Shown here: positions 15,411 through 32,853 of the stretch, piece after piece
Numbering within the stretch: the stretch's first letter is position 1
Layout: every line of letters starts with the position of its first letter
Assembly (NCBI RefSeq): GCF_009914755.1
Contig: NC_060927.1
Reading direction: 5' to 3' (one strand)
DNA from: the human T2T-CHM13v2.0 reference genome, Homo sapiens
DNA: 64,000 nt
The notes under the pieces: model-generated
What the model was told of the DNA's origin: nothing
The model's database searches: none
The model's input: only the letters and a program-made list of their open reading frames with translations
Position numbers and translations under genes: made by a program

Positions 15411-18151
15411 GGTCTTTGAAGTAGCATTTTGCATCAGTTGCCTGCCTGTGTGCCATAGCAAACCAACCAGGGAAGACTGTGTCATTACTTTCGTTATGTG
15501 CTGAAAAGCGTTAAAAGGCCTGGCTTCTAACTTTGTACCTGGAAGAAGTCTTTGACCAATTGGCTTCATCATCGGGTAAATGAGGTCCTGGATTAGTTGA
15601 GTCTAACTGAATTGAAGATGTTTTAGAAAGTGCCCCATGAGCACCTCCACCCAAACTTGTCTCATTTGTTGGCTTTCATGGTTGCCTCAGGTAGGGTCCA
15701 CTGGCTGTAAGCAAAGAAACGACCCTGGGTAACTTGAGCAAACAAAAAGTAAGGAATTAGAATGACACAGGTTACATCATATGAGCCAAGGAAACACTGA
15801 AGGACCAACTCTTGAGGAGAATAAGAACCAGGCCACTCTGTGGGTCCAGACAATGGGAACTTTGGAAAGTCTTTTTGGGGTGCTATTGTGGGGATGAATC
15901 AGCTTTGTTTCCAATTTTGACGCCATTATGCTCAATATTCAGATTCCTGGGAAAGTGATCAGTTCCATTTGAGTTCCACAGCCAGAGTACCTTGTACTCA
16001 CAGGGGAGGGATAGTTAAAGGAAAACTAAGATGCTGTTTTCCAAAGGTAAGAGAAGAAATGCTGGGTTGGTATAAGTAACAGATTTTCTAGGCTTAGCCA
16101 GCCAAGGGGACTTTCTTAGGCCCTTAGCCCAAGTAATACACTCGAGTGGAATGACTATATTGCTGCTTGAGATTTTTTTCTGAAGGAGGACCACTAGGAA
16201 AATTTGCTTTGCTTGTTTAACCTTTCAAAGTGCTTACTCTTGCCCTCCTTTTTGTGTGTGTAGTCCACTTGTGATTTAACTGTATGAAAGGAAATTCTAT
16301 TGTGCCAGATATTTGGATTCTCTCAGTGTACCTACTTTCTATGGAGCCCACACATGCTACATACAAAGCAGCACCTTTCCATGGGCACAGAAGACATGGA
16401 TGATAAGCTTCATTTCTCAGGTAAGCTCTGAATTCTTCCAGCCTGTGAGGTAGAAGGTGCATAGGCTTTGATATTAAGAAAGAATGATTGTGTTATTCCC
16501 ACCATCAAAATTGTGGTTGTTTATATCCAGGAGGCAATGTTAAATCCTGATTAACCTTTACCCAGTCTCTTCCACCACCTTGCCTCACTACAAATATGCG
16601 CAAAGAATGTTATAAAAAGTATACAAATAGCACATAATTAGCAACAAAAATGTCATGCAGTTTTTAATCTAATGTAATCAACCAACAGGTGATTTTTGTT
16701 CACTACATTGGATTATCGATGCTACTGTTCTCCTCCGTTAACACTTATAATCAAGAAGTGACTGTTATTTTCCTGTTGTTACAATTTACAAAATGTTCTG
16801 GCTAAAAACGTTATGTGGCCAACCATAGTGCTTTGAAAGGCAAGCCTTTAAAATCAAGGACTTATATTCAATCTGTGGACATACCCCAGATTTTTCCATT
16901 ACAAAATGCCAGACACTGAGGCCTTACAAAGGCAGCCTAATACAAAGACTAAGGACGTGGATCCTGGAGTTTGACTGCCTGGGGTGCATTGTAATGATTG
17001 GCTACTTATTAGGGAGGATAAAGTTTGTAAAGCTCTCCAAACAGTGATGATTTTACCGTCTGTTATTGTTCTTTTTCTCCAGGGACTTTACTAGACCCAC
17101 AGATGTAGGATGTGGATGCTTCTTATCACCAAAATGAGTGGAACTCAGCTGGCACATCCATTATCACCTTTTATTTAAACATGATCACTTCTTAATATAA
17201 ATTTTAATGTTCGATAATTTTAATCATACAATCAACTAATTCAAACTTAGGCAGTAGGGTTCCCATTCAGATGCCAGGTTTTGCACAAAGCCTCCCTCAG
17301 CTTCCCCATCTGAAATTGACCTTGCATTTCTCTGACCTCCAGGGGATGGGGTCTGTACCCACTCATGTCAGTCATCCCTTCGTACCTTATATTTAAATCA
17401 TTTTTGTTGGTGTCTTCCGCCTTATAGTAGACACACGGCACCTCAGCGTTGGCATCTGGGTGTGGTTCCTCATTGTGCTCCCAGGCACAAGGCCTGTGTC
17501 ACCTCCATCTCAGACCTAGAGGGAGGAGAATATCTGGCCCCGTTTCCTGTGATTTCCTCAGGCCCCCTGCCAGAGTGTGATTAGTAAATGCAAGTCAGGC
17601 TGCCCATTCTGCAAAGAGGCCCCGTTTCCCCTTGTGCTAAATGGGCCATGCGGATTAAATGTTCCAGCTCTGCAACTCACCTGCAAACTACAATACTCAA
17701 CAGAGATCACAGTTTAAACAAAATTGGCCTCTATCCTTTATCACAAGCAGTTATGGGCCATGGTAGATTAGCAGAGCTCTAGTGATATAGATCACATAGA
17801 GAGAAAGCTTTTTTTAAAAAAGGTCAACCATATGATCGATCTGAAAGTCTGGAAATTGGAAGGCTGAGCTACTTAAATATAGATGCAATTACATGTGATA
17901 TCCCCATTCTCTGTAAACTGGGTTTTTGCCACATATCCTTATTGTTAGGAATAACACGAACTATACCAGGAAATATATATGTCCTAGGACTTTAACAAAT
18001 AGTAATATCTTTAATTTGTTTTTCTAGTTTTCAAAGTGCTTTTCACACTAATAAGGGGAGGACATAGGTTTTTATTCCTTTTTTATTTATGAAATGGAAG
18101 CAAAGAGGTTATATAAGAAGCCCAAAGTAACATAGACAATTAGAAAGTCAG

Positions 18152-18466
<315 letters not shown>

Positions 18467-19333
18467 TTAGAACATAGACTCATTAGTGCATTTCATACAC
18501 CTAGAAATAAGTACTTAGAGAAAGGACAGGATGGAGTAAGGAACTAGACTCTGAAGTTCAACTAGAGAACATTCTAGGACAAGTAGGTAGGCCAGAGGAA
18601 ATGGTGAGGTAGAAGGGTGAGATGTCTGAGGTTCAGATGCTGGAGGTGGAGAAGTTCTGAGTGCCGGCCAGGCCCAGGGCACAGCCATCTGGAGGAATGG
18701 GATAGGATAGGTGCCTGGAGAGGGTTTTAGTTATTCAGCAAGGGACTACTGGCAGCCCTCTCTGTACCAGGCACTATTCTGGGCATAGAAGAATGATGTG
18801 GCATTCAGATGTGTGTGAGGAAGCCAAGGCACCAGTAACAGTATTTTGTCACAATACAGAGAAATGCAATGATAATAATAATAGTAAACAGTGATTATGC
18901 TTATAATATGTGCCAGACTCAGTGCAAATCAACCTACCGATTTAGTTACCATTTATTATTCCTATTTTATACACAGAGGATTGAGGTTGACAGGTTCACA
19001 TTTGTCCCTGATCACACAGTTGATCAGAGAGACCAGGAATTGAAATGCTGGTGGCTTGGGTTTAGGGCCCTACTCCAAAACATTAGATGTCTCTATCTGT
19101 AAATAGATGATACATAAACAATAAGGTAGGTAGATAGATAAATAGACAGATAGATACGGTTCCCATATAGCAACAAGAAGGAAAGGCAGTCATGAGCTTC
19201 AGTCTGCTCTAAAGTGGCTCAGCTTCTCTGCTTCTCTTTCCTTGACTGCAAATGTTGTTTTTTGCATGTTCGTTGTCCTTGACTTCAGGTGTCTTAGAGC
19301 TGTTTCTTTAAACTCCGGCTACCCTTCAAGATC

Positions 19334-19490
19334 AGGATTACCCAATAAAATAGGAGAGGAGCTATTAAACTTAGATTTCAGATAAAAAAAAAATTATGCT
19401 TCCTTAGTATAAGTATGCCCCATGTGATATTTATTTGAAATTCAACTTTAACTGAGCCTCTTATTTTTATTTGCTAAATCTGGCAACCTG
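19334..19490. mobile_element. MER53 (palindromic hAT MITE), internally deleted
   Basis: tttcagataaa…tagtataagtatgcccca…ttatttgctaaatctggcaacct. Confidence 0.75.
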
Positions 19491-19748
19491 ACACCAGGAG
19501 GTCTTCATTACTCTCATTGAAGTAATTAATTTGTAATTCAAAATTTCAGGGTCTTGCGAATGTGTTGTCAGATCTCTGAAGGTCAATGGCTCTGAGGGCG
19601 AGACATGAAGTTTGCTGTTTTGAGTTCTGTTTCGTTTGCTGAACTCTCCTTCCCACTTTTCCTTGGATGGTGTGAGGATGGGATGTGTGTGTGTCCAGAG
19701 AGACAGGGCTGGTGGGTGAAGTTCCTCTTAGAGCTGGCAGAAAAGAGG

Positions 19749-20055
<307 letters not shown>

Positions 20056-20694
20056 CAGAAAAGAGTTTTAAGACAAGGGAATCTTTCCCCAGCAAAGGCC
20101 CACATTATGTGGCAAGAAGGTGTTAAAGCAGGTGGAAGGGATTCCAGAAATATTCTGAAAGCTTAAAAAAATGGGTTTGTTGCCAGGAACATAGGCCACA
20201 GCACAGCTCGTTGGAAAACTATGTAGTGGACGCATCGTTTATCAACTGCAGTGTTGGGACCAAATATCCGAGACCAAATAACTGGCAGTTAGAATTGGCC
20301 CAGTTGTTCCTCTTGAATTTAGTGGTTAACAAATAAGATATTGAGTGCATACTATGTGTCAAGCACTTGCTGGGCACTGGAGAAACTGAGATAAATAGGG
20401 TTAAGGCTTCCCTCATGGTTCACTGAAGGAGACAGAAATACACTTATTGAAGGATGGTGTGAATAGTGTGACAGATAAAGGTATGAACACAATGCTGGAC
20501 CTGTGTTTCTTGCAAAACCTACTTATAATGAGGTTAAGTTCAGTCAAACACAATTTTTTTTACCATTGATCCCCCAGGATAGAATATTTTCATTTGATTA
20601 AACATGATTATTTTCCCAAATTGGTTGCTTTTCTTAAAAAAAAGAAAAACACATTCATAAATATTTTGAATCCATTAAGCCATGTGTCAATATT

Positions 20695-20887
20695 GGCCCT
20701 CTGGGAAAATCTAGCTCATTGCCCGCTTTTTTTGTAAATCAAGATTTATTGCAACATAGCCATGCTGATTTATAGATTGCCTACGGCCACTCTGTGCTAT
20801 CACGGAAGAACTGAGTGGCTGCCACAAAGACCATATGGTCCTCAAAGCTGAAAATATTTACTATCTAGCCCTTTAAGAAGAGTTTGC
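20695..20887 (+). mobile_element. MER58A-like
   Basis: gaccatatggtcctcaaagctgaaaatatttactatctagccctttaagaagagtttgc. Confidence 0.75.
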
Positions 20888-21206
<319 letters not shown>

Positions 21207-21810
21207 TTAAACTACGACACCAGTACTTTATTGCTGATTTCGTTCTTGCAATTTTCCCCTCAGGTTTCTGTGTTCTTCCAGTTTATTACTTGGCAGGGAC
21301 AAATCTTTGCTTTTAATTTTAATAAATGAAACAAACCTAATAAAACACCTTCAAGTTGAAAAGAGTCCGCTAGAACTTTAAAATCATGCACATGGGCCAT
21401 ATGGGCGGCTTTGTGTTGCTCCTGACAACCAACAACGCAGATGTCTACTGAGAGCCAAATGGTGGGTGATGCCGGCCGCGGAGGTGGAGGGCAGCGTTTC
21501 TGAGACCAGCATCACACCCACTGTGAGTTTTTACTACTTCATTAATTTAAGCTCCAGTGACGATTTAACTTCTGCTATAACCACACAGCTTTAATAAATG
21601 AACCTACCATTAGAACATAGTTCTTTAGAATCTATATTGTTTTCCGTTCTTTTAAATGTTTAATAAGCTCACTTCCTTTTCCTTCGTCTGGTTACTCAAC
21701 CAGCAGTCAGTTCCTCCTTGGGGCTTATGGACACAAAGATAAGTCAGACACTGCTCTTGGCCTCAGAGTGTTTGCACTGGAAACGAGACAGAGCATTGGT
21801 GAGGAGTCCA

Positions 21811-22117
<307 letters not shown>

Positions 22118-24410
22118 TCACTGATAGAATTAAACAAAAGGAACATAGAGGGACACTTAATTCAAACTGGAAGTTGAGCAAAGATTTTCAGGTGGCAAAG
22201 AGCCGAGACTTAGAAGATAAATCAAAATGTCAACAAAATGAAAAGAGGTTGAAAAGGCTTTTTCCACCAGAGAAAGTTTCGGCAGAGGCATGGAGTGATG
22301 CAGTAGCATGGAGCTACAGGGAAATCATCAGCACATTGGTGAGAATGGAGGTAGGAGTATTTGGGTATGTGCCTGGAGAGCTAGTAAGGAGCTGAGTCAT
22401 AGTGGACTTTGCCTTAAAAGGAGCTTTAACTTGAAGGTGATGGGGAGTTATATAGGCAGATGTGCCTTTTACATTGATCCTTCAAAGGGAGGAAATACTG
22501 GAGGCCATGAGTTCAGTTCAGAGGCTACTGTAATAGTCCTAGCTGAGAGATGGAGGAAGACAATGGTGGGGACAGAGAAGGGGAATATTTAGGGGAAAAA
22601 TGAGAAAGGTACCCACCCCTCTTTAATTGCAGACTTAGACAATTCACTGTCATTTATGTTTAATATTTCTCATTCTGAAACATATTTATATTCACATCTA
22701 TTACCTACAAAACAGGAGATAAGCATGATTGTCTTATAGTACAATACAAAATTCCAAAGGAAGGAATGGTTTTGAAAAAATTTGCACCCTGGTACTCAAT
22801 TTGAAGGATGTAGAAGCAGGAATAGCTACAGTCCTTAGGCTAGCACCAAGTCCTATTCTAATTAGGTTTTTCACCTTTACTTGTGCCATCAGAGATTGTT
22901 TTCAGTTCTCTGTTCTCACTTCCAGATATCTACTTTTTCTTTAACAAATTAGCACCTCAGGCTTCTTAATTCCACCAGCAGATGGTCCTGACACATAGAA
23001 GTCTCACCATGAAAACGTTTGGATTTTTAATCAGGATGTTCTTTGCCCACGTGGATTCTTCCCCAGCCTGCATGAATAGCTTGAGGTCTGAGGCATTTCA
23101 ATGAGGCTCAGGTGGTCGGGCTGTTGGCAAATGTGACCTTCACCCTCCAGTCTCCCCAGCACTCCCCCATGCTGCACGCAGTGAATTCCAAATGCCAAGG
23201 AAAGAAATTGGGCTAAAAATCCCTATTGGAACGGATATCTTGGAAAAGCATGTTTGTTCTGATCCCGTGGCTGTGGAGGCTCTAGGAGAAAAGTGACTCT
23301 CTACACTCGTCCTAGTGAGAGATGGCAAGAGATGGGAGCCAATATCATGACTTTACCTTACATCAACCTGCTGCTGATGGTGTTTACTGTTAAGTGAATT
23401 TCAAACTCTTTGACTTGCTATGACAAGGCTGGTGAGAACAGTATAGACCACTCACAGTGAGCCACTTCTGAAATGCCTCTTACACAGCAATTTATACATA
23501 ACCATTTAGACACTTTGGCAGCAAAAACATCCAGGTTGCAGTAGCCCAGTTGTTAGGCACATGTGTCTCCTGGTTGCTTCTAACTAACCGCATTCTCATT
23601 AGATACCCAGCTTCCTCCCCCTGTCATTATTGTAGGCCTTGAGGATCTCTGCCAAATACTGTTCAGTCTAACCTATATACAAGGTGCCGTATCAGGGCTG
23701 ACAGAGGGTTTAAGAAACATTTATATTTTCTTAAGTCAGATACTGTCCTAGACACTGCAGATAAAAAGACGTATTTCACACAAGCTCCATCCTCCTGGAA
23801 GCCGCAGTCTAGAGGGGAGGCCTCCCAGCTGTTAATGGTATATTCTACAATGCAGTAGCTCTAACACGGGTATGAGGCCCAGAATGAGAATCCAGAGGCG
23901 GGATCAACCAACTCTGCTTTTGAAGGCTTCATGGAGGAAGTGATGATGGTTACGGGTTCCCAAAGAATGACTATGAGTTGCACAGGGCAAGAAGGGAGGA
24001 AGGAGTTCCCAATCCACCAAGGAGGCCAATGGGCTACTTTGTGTTGCTCCTGAAACACATATACCAAGGGCCAGATAACGGTACCAGCTCAGGGAAGTGT
24101 GGCAAGGAGCTCCACAGAGCCCAGGTGATCTATGGCTGCTGAGTGGAGGGAGGAGTCTGAAGTGGGCACCACACCAAGCACTGAAGAGCTGGCCACATTT
24201 GTGGAGGGGGAGCTCCCTGCTTCTGTTCCTGCCTCCTAAGCAGAGGCAGTTTCCACAATGCCAACTGTCTGGGTTGTGGTTTGAAAGAGATCAGACAGGG
24301 TGCTCCAAGCCGCCCCAAAAGGACAGTTTTCTGGGGACAGGACTTTTCTGTCACATCTTCCTTCAGCGGCTGATTTTCAAATTTTGGTATTCATAAGACT
24401 CTCCTGGAGC

Positions 24411-24580
24411 AGCAGTTCTCCGAGTGTGTCCTGGAGACCAGCAGCATGAGCATCACCTGAGAACTTGTTAGAAACGCAGCTTTTCAGACCTCACCCAGAC
24501 CTATTCAGTTAGAGACTCTAAGAATGGAGCCCACTCCTCTGTGTCTTAAGGAGCCCTCCAGGCGCCTCTGATTCTGACCT
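24411..24580. mobile_element. MER5A
   Basis: agcagttctc…agcatcacctgagaacttgttagaaacgcag. Confidence 0.75.
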
Positions 24581-24608
24581 AAGGTGTTCATTACAAATAC
24601 AGTTTCCT

Positions 24609-24933
24609 GGCCAGGAATGGTGGTTCATGCCTGTAATCCCAGTACTTTGGAAGGCTGAGGCCGGTGTATCGCTTGAGCCCAGGAGTTCGAGATGAACCTA
24701 GACAGCATGGCAAAACCCCAGCTTTACAAAAAAAAATACAAAAAAGAGCTGGGAATGGTGTTATGCACCTGTAGTCCCAGCTACTTGGGAGGGTGAGGGA
24801 GGAGGATGGCTTGAGCCCAGGACAGGGAGGTTGTAGTGAGCTAAGATCACATCACTACACTCTAGCCTGGGAGACAGAACAAGACTGTCTCCACCACCCA
24901 CCCCACAAAAAAAAAAAAAAAAAAAAACAAAAA
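24609..24933 (+). mobile_element. Alu (AluJ-like), antisense within the putative IL5RA 3'UTR
   Basis: Full dimer with poly(A). Confidence 0.9.
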
Positions 24934-25946
24934 CAGGTTTGAGATTATGAATCATTTGAGTGACCAAACATTTTAAACATTTTGCCAACTATTGCAGCAC
25001 CTCCATGGGTGTTGCCTTCTCAGCCACACCCCTAAGCAGGCCTCAGCTTTCCCTGACACTCCTCTGCACATTTCTGGGGTCACTTTTACCTGAGCCTGGT
25101 ATTCAACTCCTCACTATGCCATTTCCTATCAACTTCTCTGAACCTTAGTAACTGCAACTATAAAATGGGACAGTAATACAGATTACTATAAGACAGTGCA
25201 GGCTTGTCAAGATTCAAGATGTTTCTGTGCCTATTACCCAGGGTTCAACCCTCTGCTAGTTACAGTGGATAATTACAGGTTAGTTAAGAAAACAAACAAA
25301 CCTGGAAATATATGGTAGTCAGTGTGTCCCCACCGATGGATCAAAACTGACTAAAACACCTCCAGAAAGCATTTAAAGAGTGTGCCAGGTGGGGATTCTG
25401 GGCACTGTTACCTCCTTTCTAGGCCTTCAGCTTCTTGACCAAGGGCCATGTGGAATCAGCACTGTTTGGGTTCCTTCCTCTTGCCCACCTCTGCCCAGGG
25501 CACACCTGTGCTTGGTTCCACCTGCAGTCCACCACCCACCACAAAGGCCTCCAATCTGGATGCAGACTCATATATGAAGATGTTAGGAAGAAGAATTTCT
25601 GTGTATATTGGGATATTTGATGGAATGGCCTTGTAGAAACTTTTCCAAACTTGAGAGACTAGGATTGATCTGGCATTACTTGACCAACAAGTTGTTCTGA
25701 AGTCTTTGGCAGCAAACATCTCTTCAGAAAGTTCATTCTTGATTCAGTGGTCCCTTTCATGATTGAATTATGCTCAATGACTTCCTCAGCACATTTCCAG
25801 AATATTAAGGCTTCCTTCAAGAATATAATATTTGAACAAAATCTGTCGTCTCTTTTGATATGGGGTGATATATTAGCTCTATTATGCTTTTAAATTAGTT
25901 GGTTTCAAATGATGTATCCTGGATCAGGCCTCTGGAGCTTGAGATA

Positions 25947-25949
<3 letters not shown>

Positions 25950-25982
<33 letters not shown>

Positions 25983-25997
25983 CACACACATACACAA
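25950..25997. repeat. (CT)n(CA)n microsatellite in the IL5RA 3'UTR
   Basis: Seen directly. Confidence 0.92.
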
Positions 25998-26543
25998 TCT
26001 ACCTAGAAAAAGATCATTCTAGAATGTAGGGGGGTGAGGAATTTGTGGCTCTCACTTGCTATAGAAAAGACAGTCTTGAATCCAAGTTCATGGTTCACTC
26101 CAGGCTGATGCAAAATGCTTTCTTCCTCAGATGGTAGCTGAGTGCTACAATTGGCAGCTTAAACAGCCAAACGGGCACAGCCAGAAGTAAATACAGCTGG
26201 ACGTTAGCCTTAAAAGCTGTCTGTTGTGAATGAAAAGTCTGAGGTGAGTCAAGCAAATTGCAAAGATTGGCAGGTGAGGAGGTGCTACCCTGTACGGCAT
26301 GGGGAGAAAAAACATGGCAAAATGCTTGGATGAGTCAACTTCCCTGCTGTAGGTGAGGCGATTTGGATGAAGCATCCATACTTTTAAGAGATACAAGACT
26401 GGTGTGTCTGGGTGTATTGCTTCGCAGGTAAATTGAGTGTTGCCTAAATTCTGAACACCTCTTAGCCAAGAGCCAGCATCCCTGTTCTTTTCACTGAGGC
26501 ACTGAGGCATGTGTGAGTTCATCAGAGGATGCCAAAGTGACAG

Positions 26544-26630
26544 TCAAAACACAGAATCCTCCAGGGTCTCAACTCCAGGCTTCTCTATATAACAGATGAC
26601 TTCAATTTCCGTCTCACTGGACCCAGCTTT
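26544..26630 (-). CDS. IL5RA: IL5RA last coding exon (KAGSSETEIEVICYIEKPGVETLEDSVF*)
   Basis: ttttgcag|AAA GCT…GTG TTT TGA. The ten coding exons sum to 1263 nt = 420 aa plus stop; C-terminal PDZ-type DSVF. Confidence 0.96.
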   Translation of the reverse strand, partial: KAGSSETEIEVICYIEKPGVETLEDSVF

Positions 26631-26765
26631 CTGCAAAACAAATCATCTTTCCTTAGATGTCTTTTAGAGAACTTTTGGGTTCTTTGAAATCTTTACAATT
26701 GGCTTTAAGTCTATTATTTTTTAAATAAAAATAGTAAATGTTCACAAAGAAGATGTGAAAAATAA

Positions 26766-27200
<435 letters not shown>

Positions 27201-27661
27201 GGATACACATCTTTAAAAATTGATTTTTTTCTCTCTGACATCACTGATTGTAAATTACATTGTTAAATGTGCTTTGGCGGCATCACTTTTGATAGCTTCA
27301 TCATATTCCTTCCATAATTTACTACAGTATCCCCCTAACTTTGGACAGTTCTGACCCATTTTGGCTATAATGAATAGTGCTGATAATAATTGGAAAATTG
27401 GTAACAAAAAATAAAATTGCCTGTAAGAGATCCTATTCCTTTATCTCATTTACTCATCCAAAATATTTTTTACTATCTGCTCCACACTAGCCACAGTGCC
27501 GTGTCTCGGGAATTCACTGATGCACACAGCAGGCATGGCTCCTGCCTTTATCCATTTTACTGTTAATAGTTTACGGGCAACCTAATTGGAGGAGGAACCC
27601 TCTCTTGGCCATTGTAGAAACAAGGAACAGCTGGAAACCAGTCTCATAAATTGAAAGCTCA

Positions 27662-27776
27662 GGCCAGGTGGCGTGGCTCATGCCTGTAATCCCAACACTT
27701 TGGGAGGCTGAAGCAGGCGCATAGCTTGAGCCCAGGAGTTGGAGACCAGCCTGGTGAGATCTTGTCTCTATAAAAA
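27662..27776 (+). mobile_element. FLAM / Alu left monomer
   Basis: ggccaggtggcgtggctca…gagcccaggagttggagaccagcctgg. Confidence 0.85.
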
Positions 27777-27824
27777 TTGTCTAAATAAGTAAATTATCAG
27801 AAAATTCAGGATATGCTTTTTTAG

Positions 27825-28211
<387 letters not shown>

Positions 28212-28953
28212 CTTCACTGACGTCCAAATTTCTAACTGAGGTCTGAACAAGCAAAAACTTGCTTCTAGGGTGGCAGAGCTCCTCTAAGTCCTGGGACTTT
28301 GGGCACCCACCCCAAGCTCAGAGGTGCACATTACCATGAAAAGCAGAGGGTTTCCTTTCCCACTAGCCAAACATTTCCCAGTGGCCACTGCCCATAGCAC
28401 CAATGTGCCCTCTTGTCACCCTTGTAGCACAGCCTCTGAGAATGGGTTGGATGGCTTTTGTCCTTGGACGTGGAGGCTGTGCACGGCCTCATGGGGCCCA
28501 GCTGTAGGCAGCTCTGCACTGGCTCTCATCCCCTCTCAGGTGGAGAATTTAGGCCATAGAGCCCACAGCACCAGGCAGTACTTCATTTCTCCCATTCTGT
28601 GTGCTCTTTCTTTCTTCTCTCAGTCTCTAACTGCTTTGTTTTTATGTGAAACTCTGCAATGTGAGAAGAGAATAAGTTGTCCTGAGAAGCCAGGCGCTGT
28701 GGAGTGCCGTCATTCATCCTCTGCTTATTCTGAAACCAGCTTGTCTGCCCCAAGTTGTTATTTTACACACATGACTTGATTTTAATTAACAACAAATCAC
28801 AACCTTATACAATAAGCTTTTATACCAGTTTATTTCACCAACTTCGGAATATTAAAGGAAATCTTTTGGGGCTCTGTAGGGAAATTAGATACCAGCATTA
28901 AGATGTTCCATTAAGAGGCCAGGACAAATGACTTCAGTTGGCTGCTTAAACTA

Positions 28954-29259
<306 letters not shown>

Positions 29260-29673
29260 TCAGGGGTAAGTGTGCTAGAGCAAGGAGGGACTGGCAGCAC
29301 ACATCCAGAACAGGCACCAAAGCTCCACCCTGGGGCCCACTCTTCTTCCCAAAGAACTCAGTGAACAAGAGCAGATGGGCCATTCCCCTGATAAAGGAGA
29401 ACACAAAGATCCAACCATGGGCAGAATGATTCTTTTGCCAGCCTCCATTCTCTACTTCAGTCAGCTAGTAACTGTAACTGTCTATAAATCCTTCCAATAC
29501 CCAAACTGCAAATGCTAAGGAAAGTTCACCACTTATTGAAATTAATCATTTTGGTGAGTTTTTCCACGAACGCTTTCTTTTCCCTACAACCAGTCACCAG
29601 GTGGTTCATCCAATCATGAGTTACTTCATTTGAGAGAAACCTAAATTTGCTAAGAAAACTGTTTGATCTAAAT

Positions 29674-29888
29674 CAAGGGTTGGCAAACTACAGCCGCGGG
29701 CCAAATCTGGCTTGTTGCCTGTTTTGGAAAATGAAGTTTTACTGGAGCACAGCCACGCTCATTCATTAGCACATTTTCTGTGGCTACTTTCACACTACAA
29801 TGGCAGAGTTGAAGAGGTGAGACAGAAACCATTTGTCCCTCAAATATTTACTACCTGGCCCTTTACAGAAAAAGTTTCTTGAGCCCTG
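29674..29888 (+). mobile_element. MER58A, complete
   Basis: caagggttggcaaacta…gagccctg; perfect 8-bp TSD atctaaat. Confidence 0.88.
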
Positions 29889-29909
29889 ATCTAAATAACC
29901 GTTCACCTT

Positions 29910-30415
29910 AAGGATAAATTTGACAAAGTGCAATAATCATACACTGAAAAATCACAAACCATTGCTGAGAGAAGGTAAAGAAAACCTAAATAAATGGAGT
30001 GATATGCTATGTTTATAGATAAGACTTAGGATGTCACTTTTCCCCAAATTAACTGACAACTCAACACAATCTCACCCCAAATCCCAGCTACCTTTTTTTG
30101 TAGAAAATTGTCAGCTGAATCTAAGATGTATATGAAAATGCAGAGGACCTACAATAACCAAAACAAATTTTTAAAAAATCACTTTTGGAGGCCTTCCACA
30201 AATGGTCTCGTGGTTTACGATAAAGCTACAGTAATCAAGACAGTATTGTATTGGCATAAAGATAGACAAATAGATCGATAAAACCAATCAGATAGTCCAG
30301 AAATAGAACCAACTACATACAGCAACTAATTTCCTACAGAAATGCCAAGGCAATTCACTGGGGAAAGGATGATTTACTCCAACAAATGATGCTGGAACAA
30401 TTGGAGAGCCATAAC
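29910..30415 (+). mobile_element. Old L1M ORF2 fragment
   Basis: taaagctacagtaatcaagacagtattgtattggcataaagatagacaaatagatc, degenerate ORF2 C-terminal region. Confidence 0.75.
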
Positions 30416-30805
30416 TAAGTGACCACTGGGCTGAACCTAAGCGCTCTGAATGGTGAACAGGCCTAAGAAAATGCATATTGGGTAAAATAATTTGCCTTTT
30501 CTATGGTCTTTTTTATACTAAAGAGCTAAAGTTCCCTCTGAAAATTCTCTATTAACTAAGATATTCATGTGGAAACATGGAGTCTTAAAACATTAGAGCT
30601 AAGCAGAACATTGTACAATCTCATCTGTGTCCCTTATTATACCAGAAAGAAATTCAGAACTCAGAGGGTTGAAGAGATTGTCCAAAGTCAGTTAAGGCAT
30701 GGCTGATATGAAATTAAAATTTAAGTCTAACTGTCAAGAACACTTATAACTCAGTACCTTTCCAATATGTCAGAAGAGTAATGAACGTGCATAATAAAAC
30801 AATCA

Positions 30806-30940
30806 GGCAAGCAGGCATGGTGGCATGCTTCTGCAGTCCCAGCTACTTGGGAGGCTGAGGTGGGAGGATCGCTTAGACCCAGGTGTTTGAGACCAGCCTG
30901 GACAACATAGCAAGACCCCATCTCTTAAAAAATACAAACA
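30806..30940 (+). mobile_element. FLAM (free Alu monomer)
   Basis: ggcatggtggcatgc…ggaggatcgcttagacccagg…agaccccatctcttaaaaaa. Confidence 0.85.
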
Positions 30941-31103
30941 ACTGAATCAGCCAAAGAACAGAATGACTGAAGCAACAGAAATGCTCCTGGCCTTCTGAGT
31001 AAAAACCCTGCCTTATAATATAGAAAACTAAGAACCGAATGACAGCTCCCAGGGGACTCAACCCTGGACACATACGGCATATCATAAGAACTTTCAACAT
31101 TAC

Positions 31104-31188
31104 CTCATAGTTAGTGGTTACAAAGAGATCTTTGATATTACTTTTTGGTGCTGGAATTGGTGGAAACAACTTGATCCATAAATGACAT
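31104..31188 (-). CDS. IL5RA: IL5RA cytoplasmic Box1 exon (CHLWIKLFPPIPAPKSNIKDLFVTTNYE)
   Basis: ctctgttttcag|A TGT…TAT GAG|gtaatg; 85 nt; PPIPAP Box1 motif. Confidence 0.96.
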
Positions 31189-31444
31189 CTGAAAACAGAG
31201 TAAAGAAGGAATTAGGTGAGCATGAGTATACCTTTTGTCTCTAAATATCTACTCTAAAAATTGACCTGGTTGATTCTAGAACCTGCTGTTTTGTAAATTC
31301 AAAATCTTTACGTACCAAGACTTCCAAAATTATAGGTGAAGACTTTGTGGGTACCGCAAGCCTCTGCTGTGGCCCTGAGTCATCCAGGGAAGACCAAATG
31401 GAAACTGCTTTGTGTCAGTGGGTGTTACCAGGCCTAATATCTGA

Positions 31445-32223
<779 letters not shown>

Positions 32224-32853
32224 TTATAAAACTCATTTTCTAAATTATGAAAGGGCCAAGACAAAACATGTTTTTAAGCCTCCTAAAAGGTCTTGTGCCT
32301 TACTGAATGCTAAAATGGGTAAGGGATACTTATGGACCATTTGTGGACTCTAGGATAGGATACCAGATCCACATGCGATTTCTAGAATCCGTGTTTGACC
32401 TAATAACCATCAGCCACTCAGGGGCCTGGTGACTTGATAGCTGAGGATGATGACATGCAGGCATTGTGGTGATTTTAGCCTCCCTGAGCTGTGAAAAGCC
32501 TATACTGGCAGCTTACCCTAGACAGCCAAGGACCGAGTGGAAGACTGAGAAGGAATCAAAAGAAACCCGCAAGTAGAAACCTTCACAGAAATTAAAAGCT
32601 GTCGACAACTTCAGGTAGGAGTGAGTGATAGCTGAGGGCTGCATTGTGTGCTCTGTCCAACTTCTGTAAATCACCTCTGGACATTTCCACTTTTGATTTG
32701 GCCTACACTCATCTTGGACAGGTCATCTAGGCACAAAAATGCCACAAATTTTACCTGATAATAAGAACCCTCTGCCTACCGGATGCATGGTAAGCCTGTA
32801 AAAATGCAGTACTGAAACCCCACTGCAAGCACGCAAATGTAAAGAACACTTAC

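Larger units (their letters stand above)
22640..26543 (-). other. IL5RA: IL5RA 3'UTR (membrane form), putative long version
   Basis: Follows the stop codon. Candidate ATTAAA on the minus strand at 22664-22659; the true end is not provable from sequence. Confidence 0.5.
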